Shown here piece by piece: positions 1 through 10,328 of a stretch of 64,000 bases of DNA (position 1 is its first letter; each line of letters starts with the position of its first letter). The stretch spans positions 187,522-251,521 of the forward strand of contig JBFWUP010000004.1 in NCBI GenBank assembly GCA_050247195.1, read 5' to 3'. A program made the position numbers and the translations under genes. Below the pieces are notes generated by a model, which searched no databases, was not told the origin of the DNA, and saw only the letters and a list, made by a program, of their open reading frames with translations. This stretch comes from Candidatus Melainabacteria bacterium. GTDB lineage: Bacteria; Cyanobacteriota; Vampirovibrionia; Vampirovibrionales; Vampirovibrionaceae.

Positions 1-841
1 CGACCGCTTCGCTCAGAGGATCCCAGCCGGCATCAGACCAGGCGGTAAGGTGTTGCCGCCATGCAGCAATGTGCGCCTGCATCACCTCAGCAGGGTCCGA
101 GTGCGTCTCAGCAAAAGCCGGCAGCGCCAGCAGATGCGTCGTCCAGTCCGCGCTCTGCCTCAGGGCGGTCTGGCGAAAAGCAGAAGGCGACAAACCGGCC
201 GACTTGATCTGCTGAATAATTGCATACAGCCAGTCGGCAGAGACCATCGCACGCACATCCACACCCGGTACCACACGCAAACGGGCAGCCGACAGAAGAT
301 GCGGGTCCAGATCGTTCAGCCCAAACCGGTCAAAAACCGCCACGCTTTCGCCGGCCAGTTCACCGGCGCAAAGCCGTTCCACCAGCCGGCGGAACAGCAG
401 GCGCTGCTGCAGGGAATCCAGCACCCGGAAATCGGGCTGCCGGCGCTGATTGTTCTGCGCGCGCAGCAGCCGCGTGGCCAGCTGGTGAAAGGTGCCAACC
501 CAGTGACCACCCAAAGGCTCCGCGGGGTCCCGCCCGGGCTGGAAAGAATCCTGCAGCGGTGTGCCGGACAGGGTGGTCTGCATGGTTGCGGCAATGCGCG
601 TCACCATTTCGCATGCAGCCGCTTCCGTAAAGGTCACCACCAGCAGGTGGGCGGCCGGGTCGGTAAAACCGCGCTGGTGCAAATGTTCAAACAGGCGCAC
701 ATAGCGCCGGGCGATTACTTCGGTTTTGCCGGTGCCTGCCCCGGCAATCACCTGCAGCGGGCGGTCCAGCCCGGCGCTGACAGCCGCCTGCTGCGCCGCA
801 TTGAGTGCGTGGACGGCCGGGGTGCGTGTTTCTGTCGTCAT
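1..841 (-). CDS. UvrD/AddA-like superfamily 1 helicase, N-terminal part (runs off window start)
   Basis: Not in the ORF track. Manual translation from ATG at 841 gives MTTETRTPAVHALNAAQQAAVSAGLDRPLQVIAGAGTGKTEVIARRY (Q motif plus Walker A of the UvrD family). ATGA overlap with the upstream nuclease gene. Confidence 0.85.
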   Translation of the reverse strand, partial: MTTETRTPAVHALNAAQQAAVSAGLDRPLQVIAGAGTGKTEVIARRYVRLFEHLHQRGFTDPAAHLLVVTFTEAAACEMVTRIAATMQTTLSGTPLQDSFQPGRDPAEPLGGHWVGTFHQLATRLLRAQNNQRRQPDFRVLDSLQQRLLFRRLVERLCAGELAGESVAVFDRFGLNDLDPHLLSAARLRVVPGVDVRAMVSADWLYAIIQQIKSAGLSPSAFRQTALRQSADWTTHLLALPAFAETHSDPAEVMQAHIAAWRQHLTAWSDAGWDPLSEAV

Positions 842-1920
842 GCGTTCTCTTCCGTTTCCATCAGGCCCGCCATGGCCGGCCCCTCACAGATGGCGGCATA
901 GGCGCACCGCGCGCACGCCGGACCGGGCCGGATGGCAAAATGGGTCGCCTGCCCAAGGGGCTGTATAATGCGTTCGCGGATTTCTTCAGTCAGCGCCGGC
1001 ATCGCGTCCGCCAGCACACTGGCTTCCACGCTCAGTTCAATGGCCCCCTGATCGGGATTAGAAGCAAAAGCCGGCCGGATCAGCTGAATACTCAGATCGC
1101 GCAGCGGCCCGCCGGCCCTGAACGCGGCAAGCGTGTCGCTCTGTTGAAAAGCCAGCCAGTAAAGGGGCAGCTGGTAATCCACCGGATAAGCGCTGTTCAG
1201 CCGTTCGTCAAATCCCGCCGTGTCCTGCAGTGGGGTCAGCAGCCGGGTGAGAAACTGTGCGCGGCACGTTTCCGGTTTGGTGGCGAAAACGCCGGAACCG
1301 AATCGCTTGTAATCCACAATGTGCCAGTGGCCCGCCTCATCCTGTATCAGGGCGTCAATATACCCGCTCAGCACCACGGGATGATCCTGGGTTGACCAGA
1401 AAGGCGCCGGCATTTCAAAACCCGCTTCCGCCACAATCTGCCGGGGCTGGCCATACCGTGCAAAATACCCCCTGGCCGCCATGTCACTCACAGCCGCCAG
1501 AGTTTCTTCTGCAAAGGCCGCCCAGCCCAACGGACCGAGGGGGGCCATCAGCTTCCAGTCAGCTTCTTTCAGGCCACAGGCCACCACATGGGCCTGCCGC
1601 GCCGGGTCATCGGCCAGGGTTTCCAGTGGAACGAAAATCCGCTCAATCTGCTGCTGCAGCCGGGCTGCATGGTAGCCAAGCTCTGGATTCCCGGGCTCGT
1701 AAGTGGTATTCAGCCATTCCAGCAGCCGGTGCACCAGAAGCCCCAGAGACAGGGCGGGCTGACCGGGTGGCGGCAGAAACAAAACCTGACGGTAATAAAA
1801 CAGGCGCGGGCAGATCATGTAATTTTTCAGAGCCGCGTTGCTCAGGCGCAGCGTATCTCCCGGTGGGAAAACCGGCGCCAGAATCGGTGCGTTGTCCGGT
1901 ACTGCTGCTGCCGAGGTCAT
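838..1920 (-). CDS. PD-(D/E)XK nuclease, AddB/RecB-like with Fe-S cysteines
   Basis: LSNAALKNYMICPRLFYY, LSGYIDAL, IVDYK, YQLPLY and C-terminal CARCAYAAIC. Start placed at MTSAAA (1920). Confidence 0.8.
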   Translation of the reverse strand: MTSAAAVPDNAPILAPVFPPGDTLRLSNAALKNYMICPRLFYYRQVLFLPPPGQPALSLGLLVHRLLEWLNTTYEPGNPELGYHAARLQQQIERIFVPLETLADDPARQAHVVACGLKEADWKLMAPLGPLGWAAFAEETLAAVSDMAARGYFARYGQPRQIVAEAGFEMPAPFWSTQDHPVVLSGYIDALIQDEAGHWHIVDYKRFGSGVFATKPETCRAQFLTRLLTPLQDTAGFDERLNSAYPVDYQLPLYWLAFQQSDTLAAFRAGGPLRDLSIQLIRPAFASNPDQGAIELSVEASVLADAMPALTEEIRERIIQPLGQATHFAIRPGPACARCAYAAICEGPAMAGLMETEENA

Positions 1921-2048
1921 TATCCCCACCCCATCCGCCTGTATTCTGGTTGCCGGGTGTGGCCATGCGTTGATCCACCGCGCCGACTGACCGATAATAC
2001 CCCAAACAACCCACCGGTTAACCGGTGGCAGGAACCCCGAGAGGCAGC

Positions 2049-3155
2049 ATGACGGTTTCATCACCCACGCCGATTCAGTCTTCCGCCATTCCGGCGACAG
2101 GCAGCGCCGACGTCTTTTTCGAGCCCGTCCGCCCGCTGCTTCAGTCGGTGCGGGAGAGCCTGGTGGCTGTGGTGCCGCCGGCTTCGCAGGTGCTGGCGCA
2201 AACGGTCAACCAGTCGCTCACCAGTGGCGGAAAATATCTGCGCCCGGCCGTGGTGCTGCTGCTGGGCATGGCCACGCGCGCTGACGCACAACCCGAGCAA
2301 CCGGCCACGCCGGCGCATCCACTGGTCAGCGTCGCGGCCGTGGCCGAAATGATCCACATTGCCACCCTCCTCCATGATGATGTGCTGGATCAGTCCGATC
2401 TGCGGCGCGGCCAGCCCACCGTGCGCGCGACGCTGGGCAATAAAATCTCCGTTCTCAGTGGCGATTACCTGCTGGCCCAGGCCAGCCTGAAACTCTCCAA
2501 ACTGGGCAGTACACGCCTGGTCGCCATCTACGCCCAGGTACTCTCGGATCTCTGTGACGGCGAGGTGACGCAGATGACCACCAGCTTTCAGCTCCGCCCG
2601 GATCAGCTGGAAGCCGCCTGGGCCCAGTACCGCCTGAAAACCCGCTGCAAAACCGCCAGCCTGTTTGCCGCCGCCGGCGAATCGGCCGGGGTGGTGAACG
2701 CCCTGAAAGAAACCGACATTCAGGCCCTGCGGCGTTACGGCGAGCACTTCGGCATGGCGTTCCAGATCGTCGATGATCTGCTGGATTATACGGCCAGCGC
2801 CGAACAGATGGGCAAGCCCGTGTTTGACGATGTGCGCAACGGTCTGCTGAATGCCCCCGTACTGCTGATGCTGGAGGCGCTGGCCGATGACCCGGCGGCC
2901 CGGGCCGATGCGGTGCTGGCCATTACATCCCTGTTTCAGCAGGAAGGCGGCCCCGCAGAAGGCCTGCTGAATGAGACAGACGCCATTACCCGCCTGCAGC
3001 GTCACCTGGCGGCAACCCGGGCTCTGGAAAGCACGCGCCAGCTGGCTGAACAGGCGGTAGACAATGCGCTGGCCGAGCTGGACTTTGTGGCGGAAAGCCC
3101 CTACAAAACCGCCCTCACCGCGTTAACCCGTTTTATCACCTGCCGGCTGGCCTGA
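2049..3155 (+). CDS. Polyprenyl (solanesyl/octaprenyl-type) diphosphate synthase
   Basis: GGKYLRP, LLHDDVLD..RRG, KTASLF, FQIVDDLLD (two DDxxD motifs). Confidence 0.9.
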   Translation: MTVSSPTPIQSSAIPATGSADVFFEPVRPLLQSVRESLVAVVPPASQVLAQTVNQSLTSGGKYLRPAVVLLLGMATRADAQPEQPATPAHPLVSVAAVAEMIHIATLLHDDVLDQSDLRRGQPTVRATLGNKISVLSGDYLLAQASLKLSKLGSTRLVAIYAQVLSDLCDGEVTQMTTSFQLRPDQLEAAWAQYRLKTRCKTASLFAAAGESAGVVNALKETDIQALRRYGEHFGMAFQIVDDLLDYTASAEQMGKPVFDDVRNGLLNAPVLLMLEALADDPAARADAVLAITSLFQQEGGPAEGLLNETDAITRLQRHLAATRALESTRQLAEQAVDNALAELDFVAESPYKTALTALTRFITCRLA

Positions 3156-3162
3156 CATTTAT

Positions 3163-3189
3163 TCAATTGCCCCATCAAACGGCCGATAC
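3163..3189 (+). promoter_or_regulatory. Candidate sigma-28 (FliA-type) promoter
   Basis: TCAA-N15-GCCGATAC versus consensus TAAA-N15-GCCGATAA, about 50 nt upstream of ATG 3241. Confidence 0.4.
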
Positions 3190-3240
3190 GGGATCCGAGT
3201 GCGCACACCCACCCGACAGTGCGCGACAAGGAGACCGGCC

Positions 3241-3645
3241 ATGCACGATCTGGCGTCAAAAGTTCCCCAGGATTTTGACAATAACACTGCTCCCATTGAG
3301 GTGGAAATTCTCACCAAGGATTACGAGATACAGGGCCTGGTCCACGTATCCCGCGAGGTGCGTGAGCGCCGCCGGCTGAGCGAGCTCCTGAACGATACCC
3401 GCCGCCGGTTTATCGCCGTGACCGATGCCCGCCTGATTGCCCGCAACGGCCCGGCCACGCCCCGCTATTACAGTTTTGTGCAGCTCCACGTCGATACCAT
3501 TCTGATGATTCACCCGTCCATGGAGTCCATGGCCCGCGAGGTGACCTACGGCGAAGACGAGCAGAACCGGTTTGAAGAGCTGCGCGGCAAAATGAACCAG
3601 CCCCGGCCTGGCGTCAACGCCCCCGGTGAGGAAGATCCTGCCTGA
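3241..3645 (+). CDS. Conserved hypothetical protein (DUF6812-like)
   Basis: GGAGA RBS before ATG 3241. YEIQGLVHV...RRLSELLND..RRFIAVTDA pattern. Confidence 0.6.
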   Translation: MHDLASKVPQDFDNNTAPIEVEILTKDYEIQGLVHVSREVRERRRLSELLNDTRRRFIAVTDARLIARNGPATPRYYSFVQLHVDTILMIHPSMESMAREVTYGEDEQNRFEELRGKMNQPRPGVNAPGEEDPA

Positions 3646-3742
3646 GAAACTGCCTGGCGCTCCCGCCTGACGCCTGACAGCCTCTGTGATAGACTGTGCG
3701 GCATACCGTCCGGTTTACCGTGGAAAAGGACAGGCTCTCACT

Positions 3743-4639
3743 GTGGCTGCGCTGACGTTTCAGGATCTCGTTCAGACCCTCAACCGCTTCTGGGCGGATC
3801 AGGGCTGTATCATCCAGTTCCCTTACGATCTGGAAAAAGGCGCCAGCACCATGAACCCGGCCACCTTTCTGCGGGTGCTGGGACCGGAACCCTGGAACAT
3901 GGCCTGCGTGGATCCCTGCCGCCGGCCCACGGATGGCCGCTACGGAGAAAACCCCAACCGGCTGCAGCATTACTTTCAGTACCAGGTCATCATGAAGCCG
4001 TCTCCCACGGATATTCAGGACCGGTATCTGAAAAGTCTGGAACAGCTGGGTATTGTGCTGGCGGATCACGACATCCGTTTTGTTGAGGACAACTGGGAAT
4101 CTCCCACTCTCGGCGCCTGGGGCGTCGGCTGGGAAGTCTGGCTGGATGGCATGGAGATCACGCAGTTCACCTATTTTCAGCAGGCCGGCGGCGTGGATAT
4201 GGATATCATTCCCGTCGAAATCACCTACGGGTGCGAACGGATCGCTATGTACCTGCAGAACGTCGACAGCGTTTACGATCTGCAGTGGAACGATCAGCTG
4301 ACCTATGGCGATATATACCTGCAGAATGAACGGGAACAGTCCACCTACAATTTTGAAGTCTCCACGCCCGAGCGGTTGCTGAATCTCTTTGACACGTATT
4401 ACGCCGAGGTGGAAACCCTGGTGGCGAAGGAACTCGTACTGCCCGCTTATGATTACGTCCTGAAATGCTCGCACACCTTCAACCTGCTGGATGCGCGCGG
4501 CGTCATCAGCAAGGATGAACGCACAAACTACATCCTGAGAATCCGCCGGCTTGCCGAAGCGGTGGCCAGGCTCTACGTGGCGCAGCGCGAAGCCATGGGC
4601 CATCCGCTTCTCAAACAGCAGAACGGCTCCAAAGCCTGA
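3743..4639 (+). CDS. glyQ: Glycine--tRNA ligase alpha subunit
   Basis: [71 protein letters not shown]. Confidence 0.97.
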   Translation: MAALTFQDLVQTLNRFWADQGCIIQFPYDLEKGASTMNPATFLRVLGPEPWNMACVDPCRRPTDGRYGENPNRLQHYFQYQVIMKPSPTDIQDRYLKSLEQLGIVLADHDIRFVEDNWESPTLGAWGVGWEVWLDGMEITQFTYFQQAGGVDMDIIPVEITYGCERIAMYLQNVDSVYDLQWNDQLTYGDIYLQNEREQSTYNFEVSTPERLLNLFDTYYAEVETLVAKELVLPAYDYVLKCSHTFNLLDARGVISKDERTNYILRIRRLAEAVARLYVAQREAMGHPLLKQQNGSKA

Positions 4640-4713
4640 CAATTTCGGCCACACAGGGTACAATAGGCCAACGAGGTTTGCGTGGCCGGTAGGCCACACG
4701 AGGGTGCGCAGGT

Positions 4714-5190
4714 ATGACCCCACTGTTATCGTTGTTTGCGGACTGGTCTCCGGCCCTGCTGGGCTGGGTGGCCACCAGTATTGCGCTGGTTGTGGCGGAA
4801 ATTTTCACCGTCGGGTTTTTCTTCTTCTTTTTTGCCGTCGGCGCAGCGGCCGCCGCCATCAGCACCTTTCTCACCAGCAGCTGGGTGATCCACACCGTCA
4901 TCTTCATTGTGGTGTCGGCCGTCAGTCTGTTTTACGCCCGGCCGATCCTGAGGCAGAGCTTTAACATCACCGACCAGCCGCAGCACCGGTCCAACGTGGA
5001 TGCCCTGACCGGTGAGCGGATTCTCGTTCTGGAAACGGTCACCCGCTACGGCGGCAAGGTGCGCCTGATGCACACCGGCGAGGTCTGGACCGCCTACCGG
5101 CCCGACGGCGAGGAGGATCTGCCCGAGGGATCGGAAGCGTGCGTCTTCCGGGTGGACGGCGCCAAGCTGGTGATTACCCGGCAGGTTTAA
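4714..5190 (+). CDS. NfeD-family membrane protein
   Basis: Hydrophobic N-half, C-terminal OB-like GKVRL..GEVWTA...VDGAKLVI, directly upstream of an SPFH gene. Confidence 0.85.
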   Translation: MTPLLSLFADWSPALLGWVATSIALVVAEIFTVGFFFFFFAVGAAAAAISTFLTSSWVIHTVIFIVVSAVSLFYARPILRQSFNITDQPQHRSNVDALTGERILVLETVTRYGGKVRLMHTGEVWTAYRPDGEEDLPEGSEACVFRVDGAKLVITRQV

Positions 5191-5232
5191 CGGTCTCTGC
5201 TTTCACAATGCTTTAACGGAAAGGTAAACACC

Positions 5233-6165
5233 ATGGAATTCTTCGGATCATTTTTTCTCTTCATTATCATTGCCCTTGGCGTTATTGCCGCCAACACCCT
5301 CAAAATTGTCCGGCAGTCCACCGTCGGCGTGGTGGAACGTCTGGGACAGTTTCAGAATGTCCGCAACGCCGGTCTGACCATGCTCATTCCGTTCATAGAC
5401 ACGATGACCACGGTGGATATGCGCGAACAGGTGGTCTCACTGCCCTCCCAGCCGGTGATTACACGCGACAACGTGACCATGAACATTGACGCCGTGATTT
5501 ACTTTCAGGTCACCGATCCCTTCCGGGCGACCTATGAAATTTCAAACCTGGTGAACGCCGTGGAAAAACTGGCCCTCACCACCATCCGCAACGTCATTGG
5601 TGAAATGAACCTCGATGAAACCCTCTCCAGCCGCGATGACATCAACAACAAACTGCAGATTGTGCTGGATGAGGCCACCGGCAAATGGGGACTGAAAGTA
5701 AACCGCGTGGAAATGAAGGACATTAACCCCCCGCGTGATATTGAAGAAGCGATGCAGAAACAGATGCGCGCCGAGCGGGAAAAACGGGCCATCATTCTCC
5801 TGGCCGAGGGGGAGAAGGAGTCTAAAATCCGCTCTGCCGAAGGAGAAAAACAATCCCAGATTCTTCAGGCCGAAGGGAAACGAGAAGCCCAGATCCGGGA
5901 AGCCGAAGGCCATGCCCAGGCGATCCGGCTGGTGCAGGAGGCTGAAGCTGATATGACCCGCACCGTGTTTGCCGCCATCAATGAATCCCATCCTTCCAAG
6001 GAGCTGCTGCAGCTGAAATACCTGGAGGCCTTGCAGAAGGTTTCCGAAGGCCGCTCCAACACATTGATTCTTCCGTACGAGTCGGCCGCCTTTATGGGCG
6101 CACTGGCCGGATCGGCCCGCTCGCTCGCCAGCCAGGGCGCACCGCGCAGTCAGGGCGGCGAGTAA
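5233..6165 (+). CDS. SPFH/stomatin-prohibitin (QmcA-like) membrane protein
   Basis: VVERLG, VITRDNV, LDETLSSRDDIN, KWGLKVNRVE, QMRAEREKRA and AEG repeats. Confidence 0.93.
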   Translation: MEFFGSFFLFIIIALGVIAANTLKIVRQSTVGVVERLGQFQNVRNAGLTMLIPFIDTMTTVDMREQVVSLPSQPVITRDNVTMNIDAVIYFQVTDPFRATYEISNLVNAVEKLALTTIRNVIGEMNLDETLSSRDDINNKLQIVLDEATGKWGLKVNRVEMKDINPPRDIEEAMQKQMRAEREKRAIILLAEGEKESKIRSAEGEKQSQILQAEGKREAQIREAEGHAQAIRLVQEAEADMTRTVFAAINESHPSKELLQLKYLEALQKVSEGRSNTLILPYESAAFMGALAGSARSLASQGAPRSQGGE

Positions 6166-6226
6166 ATCCCGCCAACCTGACGACGGTCAGCGGTATGCGG
6201 TATGCGGCTGGTACAATGGGCGCATC

Positions 6227-7048
6227 ATGAAACACCCGCAGGACAGCAGCCACTCTGCCAGCCGCCCTGACAGCGACGAGACGGCCGGGTTCCGGCTGAG
6301 ACAGTCTCAGAACGACTTTCTCAGTACGGTCAGCCATGAATTCCGCACGCCGCTGACCAGCATCAAGGGCTTTGCAGACACGCTCCTCAAACATGGCGAC
6401 CAGCTGAGCCGGGAACAGAAGACTCAGTTTCTGACAATCATCAAGGCCCAGGCCGATCGCCTGATCCGGCTGACGGAAAATATTCTCACCGTCTCTAAAT
6501 TGGGCGCCGAAAAGCAGCAGTTCAGCTTCCGGCCCGTGGATCTCGCCCTGGTGGTGGAACGCGTGGTGGCCAGCGTGCAGGCTAAAACCACCTCCCAGCG
6601 GGAAATCACCGTCGCCATCCCTCCGGGGCTGCCCCCGGTGTGGGCGGATGTCGATGCGCTGGAACAGGTGCTGATGAACCTGGTGGACAACGCCGTGAAA
6701 TACTCCCAGCCACCAAACCCCATTCGCGTCCGGGGCAGCCTTCCGCCGGATGACACCACCCAGATTCTCATCGACATCACCGATCAGGGCGTGGGCATCG
6801 CCGCCGATCAGCAGACAAAACTGTTCACCCGCTTCCACCGGATTGAATCCCCACTGACGCAGAGCGTGGACGGAACCGGTCTGGGGCTCTATATCACGCG
6901 CTCCCTCACTGAAGCGATGGGTGGTCAGATCACCCTGCAAAGTCAGCCCGGCGCCGGCAGCACTTTTTCATTGCGGTTTCCTGCCGCCAGCCCGGAACAC
7001 CAGGCGGCGCACCGGCGCAGACTGCAGGGCGGGGAGACCGCCTCATGA
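6227..7048 (+). CDS. Cytoplasmic histidine kinase (HisKA + HATPase, no sensor domain)
   Basis: VSHEFRTPLTSI H-box, NLVDNAVKYS N-box, DQGVGI and GTGLGL G-boxes. Confidence 0.9.
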   Translation: MKHPQDSSHSASRPDSDETAGFRLRQSQNDFLSTVSHEFRTPLTSIKGFADTLLKHGDQLSREQKTQFLTIIKAQADRLIRLTENILTVSKLGAEKQQFSFRPVDLALVVERVVASVQAKTTSQREITVAIPPGLPPVWADVDALEQVLMNLVDNAVKYSQPPNPIRVRGSLPPDDTTQILIDITDQGVGIAADQQTKLFTRFHRIESPLTQSVDGTGLGLYITRSLTEAMGGQITLQSQPGAGSTFSLRFPAASPEHQAAHRRRLQGGETAS

Positions 7049-8451
7049 GTGCGAACGAGCCCATCACCGGCGTGACGGAAACCCTGGCCACCGGCACCGA
7101 TTTCCAGAGCGTTCTGATCATCGGGCAGCCGGACGAAGCCCTTCAGGCACGCCTTGTGGAGCGCTTTAACACCGAGCAGCTCATCAGTTGCAGCCAGCTG
7201 ACCCGCACCGAGCATCTGGAGGCCGCCATGGCCGAACGCCTGCCGGATCTCATCGTCATCCAGGCCGACCGCCTGAGTGAGGCGGCCGAAGCCGTCACGC
7301 TCTGTCATCAGCTGAGAAGCCGTCCGTTTTTCCCCCGGCCCACGGTTGTGGTGCTCTGCGGCGGGCCGGAAGACGAGCGGATTGCCTGCCTGATGCACGG
7401 CGCGGACGATGTGCTGCCGCCCGATCTCAGCGCCGATGAACTCGCCGTGCGGCTGATGGTTCACCTGCGGCGCAGCCTGGACACGCTGCTGCACGAAACG
7501 ACCCGGCTGCCCGGCCTGCCCTTTATCACCACCGTGTTTGAACGCCGCCTGGCGCGCCAGCCGCGCGAGGCGACTGCTGACAAACCCTGGGCGCTGCTCT
7601 CACTGGAGATTAACCACCTGAATGTCTACCGTGAGGCCTATGGTGAACTGCCCACCCGTCAGGTGCTCAAAACGCTCACCATTCTGCTGGGCCAGTATGT
7701 GATGATGCCCGATTGCGTGGCGCAGACCGACAACCATGAGTTTCTGATTCTCACGCAGGCCGACCGCGCCGCCAAACTGGCCGCCATCCTCTGCCGGCAG
7801 TTTGATACGGCCGCCCCCAATTTTTATTCTGAAAAAGACCGCAAACAGGGCTATATGATCGCCGTGATGCCAGACAAGGTCAGCCGCCGCGTTCCCCTGC
7901 TCACCCTGGCGGCGGGCCTGGCCAACGGCGCCCTGCAACCGGTCACCGGGTTCCATCAGGCCTATAATACGGCTGGCAATCTGCGGCGCCTGGCCAAAAC
8001 GTCACCGGTCAGTCACTGCGTGGCGCAGCGTCCCTCCCTGCCCGGTGGCGAACCGGCTGATGGGAACAATGACGGCGCGGCCAAACAGACGGGCGCCGTG
8101 CTGGTGGTGGAAAGCGACCCCGCCCTTTCCCTGCTGTTGCAGACCACGCTGCGTATGGAAGGCTTTCCCGTCACCCCGGCCGCCTCGCTGGCCGAAGCCG
8201 AGGAGGCGCTGGCAGGTCAAACGTTCAGCCTGGTGATTCTCGATGCCCTGCTGGAAGACGACGCGCCCGAAGAGGCCCGGGGCCTGGCGTTGTGCCGGAG
8301 CATCAAGGCGGCCGGCGGCGCCACACGGGTTCTGTGCATCTCCACCCTGCACAACCGGGAAAAGGTGCTCGGCGCCGGCGCCGATCTGTATCTCCCCAAA
8401 CCCTTTGAACTGGCCGCGCTGTTCGCCTGGATCAGCCGGCTGACCGCCTGA
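7045..8451 (+). CDS. Response regulator: pseudo-receiver + degenerate GGDEF + receiver
   Basis: N-terminal REC-like (PDLIVIQ, GADDVL), central TRLPG...LEINHLNVYREAYG...QTDNHEF, C-terminal REC (LVILD, GADLYLPKPF). ATGA overlap with the kinase. Confidence 0.75.
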   Translation: MSANEPITGVTETLATGTDFQSVLIIGQPDEALQARLVERFNTEQLISCSQLTRTEHLEAAMAERLPDLIVIQADRLSEAAEAVTLCHQLRSRPFFPRPTVVVLCGGPEDERIACLMHGADDVLPPDLSADELAVRLMVHLRRSLDTLLHETTRLPGLPFITTVFERRLARQPREATADKPWALLSLEINHLNVYREAYGELPTRQVLKTLTILLGQYVMMPDCVAQTDNHEFLILTQADRAAKLAAILCRQFDTAAPNFYSEKDRKQGYMIAVMPDKVSRRVPLLTLAAGLANGALQPVTGFHQAYNTAGNLRRLAKTSPVSHCVAQRPSLPGGEPADGNNDGAAKQTGAVLVVESDPALSLLLQTTLRMEGFPVTPAASLAEAEEALAGQTFSLVILDALLEDDAPEEARGLALCRSIKAAGGATRVLCISTLHNREKVLGAGADLYLPKPFELAALFAWISRLTA

Positions 8452-8525
8452 ATTTGCGACCCGGAATAAACAGTACACAGACCGTTTCTTGCCTTTGGGT
8501 TCTGCGAGCGTAATAATAGCGCCTG

Positions 8526-9899
8526 ATGACCTCACCGCGACCATTTTCAGAACTTCCCCTGGATCCAAGCATACAGCAGGCCCTGGCGGACATGGGCTAT
8601 ATCACCATGACCCCCGTGCAGGAACAGGCGATACCGCACCTGCTCAGTGGGGTGGATTTCCTCGGCCAGGCCCCCACCGGCACCGGTAAAACCGCCGCCT
8701 TCGCCATTCCCCTGGTGCAGCAGGTTACCCCCGGCCTGGGGCACGTGCAGGCGCTGATTGTGGCGCCCACGCGTGAGCTGGTGCAGCAGATTGCCGAAGA
8801 GATTAACGCCATTGGCCGGGTGAAGGGCGTGCAGGCCCTGGCGGTGTTTGGCGGCGAACGCATTCACGGCCAGAAGGAACGCCTGCGCCAGCGCGACGTG
8901 GATATTGTGGTGGGCACCCCCGGCCGCCTGCTGGATCACCTGGGTCAGGTCAGTCTCGATTTCTCGCGCACGCGGCTGGTGATTCTCGATGAGTGCGATG
9001 AAATGCTGGATATGGGCTTCATTGACGACATTGAACGGATTCTGGCGCAAACCCCGCAGGGCCGGCAGACCTGGCTGTTTTCAGCCACCATGTCCCCGGA
9101 ATCCCTGAAAGTGGCCGACCGCCACCTGATGTACCCGGAGTCCATCCGCATCGCTCCGCAGCGCCACGCGGCCGAGATCATCACGCAGTACTATATTATT
9201 CTGGATGAAAAAGACAAAGTCCCCGAGCTCAAGAAGCTTCTGAAAAGCACGGATGACCTGTACGGCATTGTTTTCTGCCGCAGCAAGCGCGGCGTGGTGG
9301 AACTTACCCGCCAGCTGAGAGACCGCTACCCGGTGGAATGCGTGCACGGGGCGATGCCCCAACACAACCGCGATACGGCCATGGCCGAATTCCGCGACAA
9401 GAAATACAAGCTGATGGTGGCCACTGACGTTCTGGCCCGCGGCATTGATATCGATAAACTCACGCACATTATCAACTACGATCCCCCCCATGATCCGGAA
9501 AGCTACATTCACCGCATCGGGCGCACGGCCCGCGCGGGCGAAACCGGCATTGCCATCACGTTCTTCACGCCGGATGAGGAGTACGATTTCCGCCAGCTGG
9601 AGAAACGGGTCGGCATCCCGCTGACGCGCCACCCGGACTGCGTGCTCGACTTTGCGCCGGGCGGCGGCGCCAAGAAAAAACGGCGGGGTCGCGGTGGCAG
9701 TAGCGGCGGCGGCAGTTACGGCGCCGGGCGGGGCGCTTCCTCGCGTTCGCGCGGGGAGCAACGCCCACAGCGTTCCGAAAACACCGCGCCCACAGGTGAA
9801 AACGCCAGCAAACCCAGACGGCGCCGTCGGCGGCCTAAATCCGACGGCACACAGCCCCGGGAAAGCCGCCCTTCATCCGGGCAGGGGCCAACGGCGTAA
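8526..9899 (+). CDS. DEAD-box RNA helicase
   Basis: APTGTGKT, PTREL, TPGRLLD, DECD, SAT, ARGID, HRIGRTAR and a basic C-terminal tail. Confidence 0.95.
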   Translation: MTSPRPFSELPLDPSIQQALADMGYITMTPVQEQAIPHLLSGVDFLGQAPTGTGKTAAFAIPLVQQVTPGLGHVQALIVAPTRELVQQIAEEINAIGRVKGVQALAVFGGERIHGQKERLRQRDVDIVVGTPGRLLDHLGQVSLDFSRTRLVILDECDEMLDMGFIDDIERILAQTPQGRQTWLFSATMSPESLKVADRHLMYPESIRIAPQRHAAEIITQYYIILDEKDKVPELKKLLKSTDDLYGIVFCRSKRGVVELTRQLRDRYPVECVHGAMPQHNRDTAMAEFRDKKYKLMVATDVLARGIDIDKLTHIINYDPPHDPESYIHRIGRTARAGETGIAITFFTPDEEYDFRQLEKRVGIPLTRHPDCVLDFAPGGGAKKKRRGRGGSSGGGSYGAGRGASSRSRGEQRPQRSENTAPTGENASKPRRRRRRPKSDGTQPRESRPSSGQGPTA

Positions 9900-10328
9900 G
9901 CCGGGCAATCACAGTCTGTTGGCCTTTGAGGCGAATCCCCCAGCAATAGACCCAGTGGCGGGACTCAAGTTCACAGAATGCCGGAAACACGGGCCAGGCC
10001 TTGTTCCGGAGGGTTTCCTCCGTTATCGCGGAGGATTTTGTAAAGTTTTGAAAAGCGCCGTAAGTGATTCCAATTAACTGGTTTTCCATTCTTACGATGC
10101 TTTTCGTGAACATGGACCCTACCGAACCGTCATTGATGACCGATACCACAGAAGAGCAGATCAACAAAAAGTGGTTCAGTCGTCAGGCAACGGTGTTTGA
10201 GCAGACCTGAGGTCAGGTTGCTTTATTGCGCAATCATCGAAGTTCCCGCGGTGGGGAGCCTGTTGTGCTGCGCCCGGCATGATCTAACAACCTAGCACTG
10301 TCACGCACTCACCAAAGGAACCTAAACC

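Noticed and set aside
50-901. 283-aa plus-strand ORF
   Set aside because: Antisense shadow of the minus-strand UvrD-like helicase, which has clear motifs.
838-1920. Cas4 assignment for the Fe-S nuclease
   Set aside because: No CRISPR/cas context, and coupling to a UvrD helicase favours an AddB/RecB-like role.
9900-10328. Intergenic stretch with short ORFs on both strands (e.g. 9835-10167 minus)
   Set aside because: No recognisable motif, RBS or RNA structure. It may be a decayed gene but I cannot support a call.
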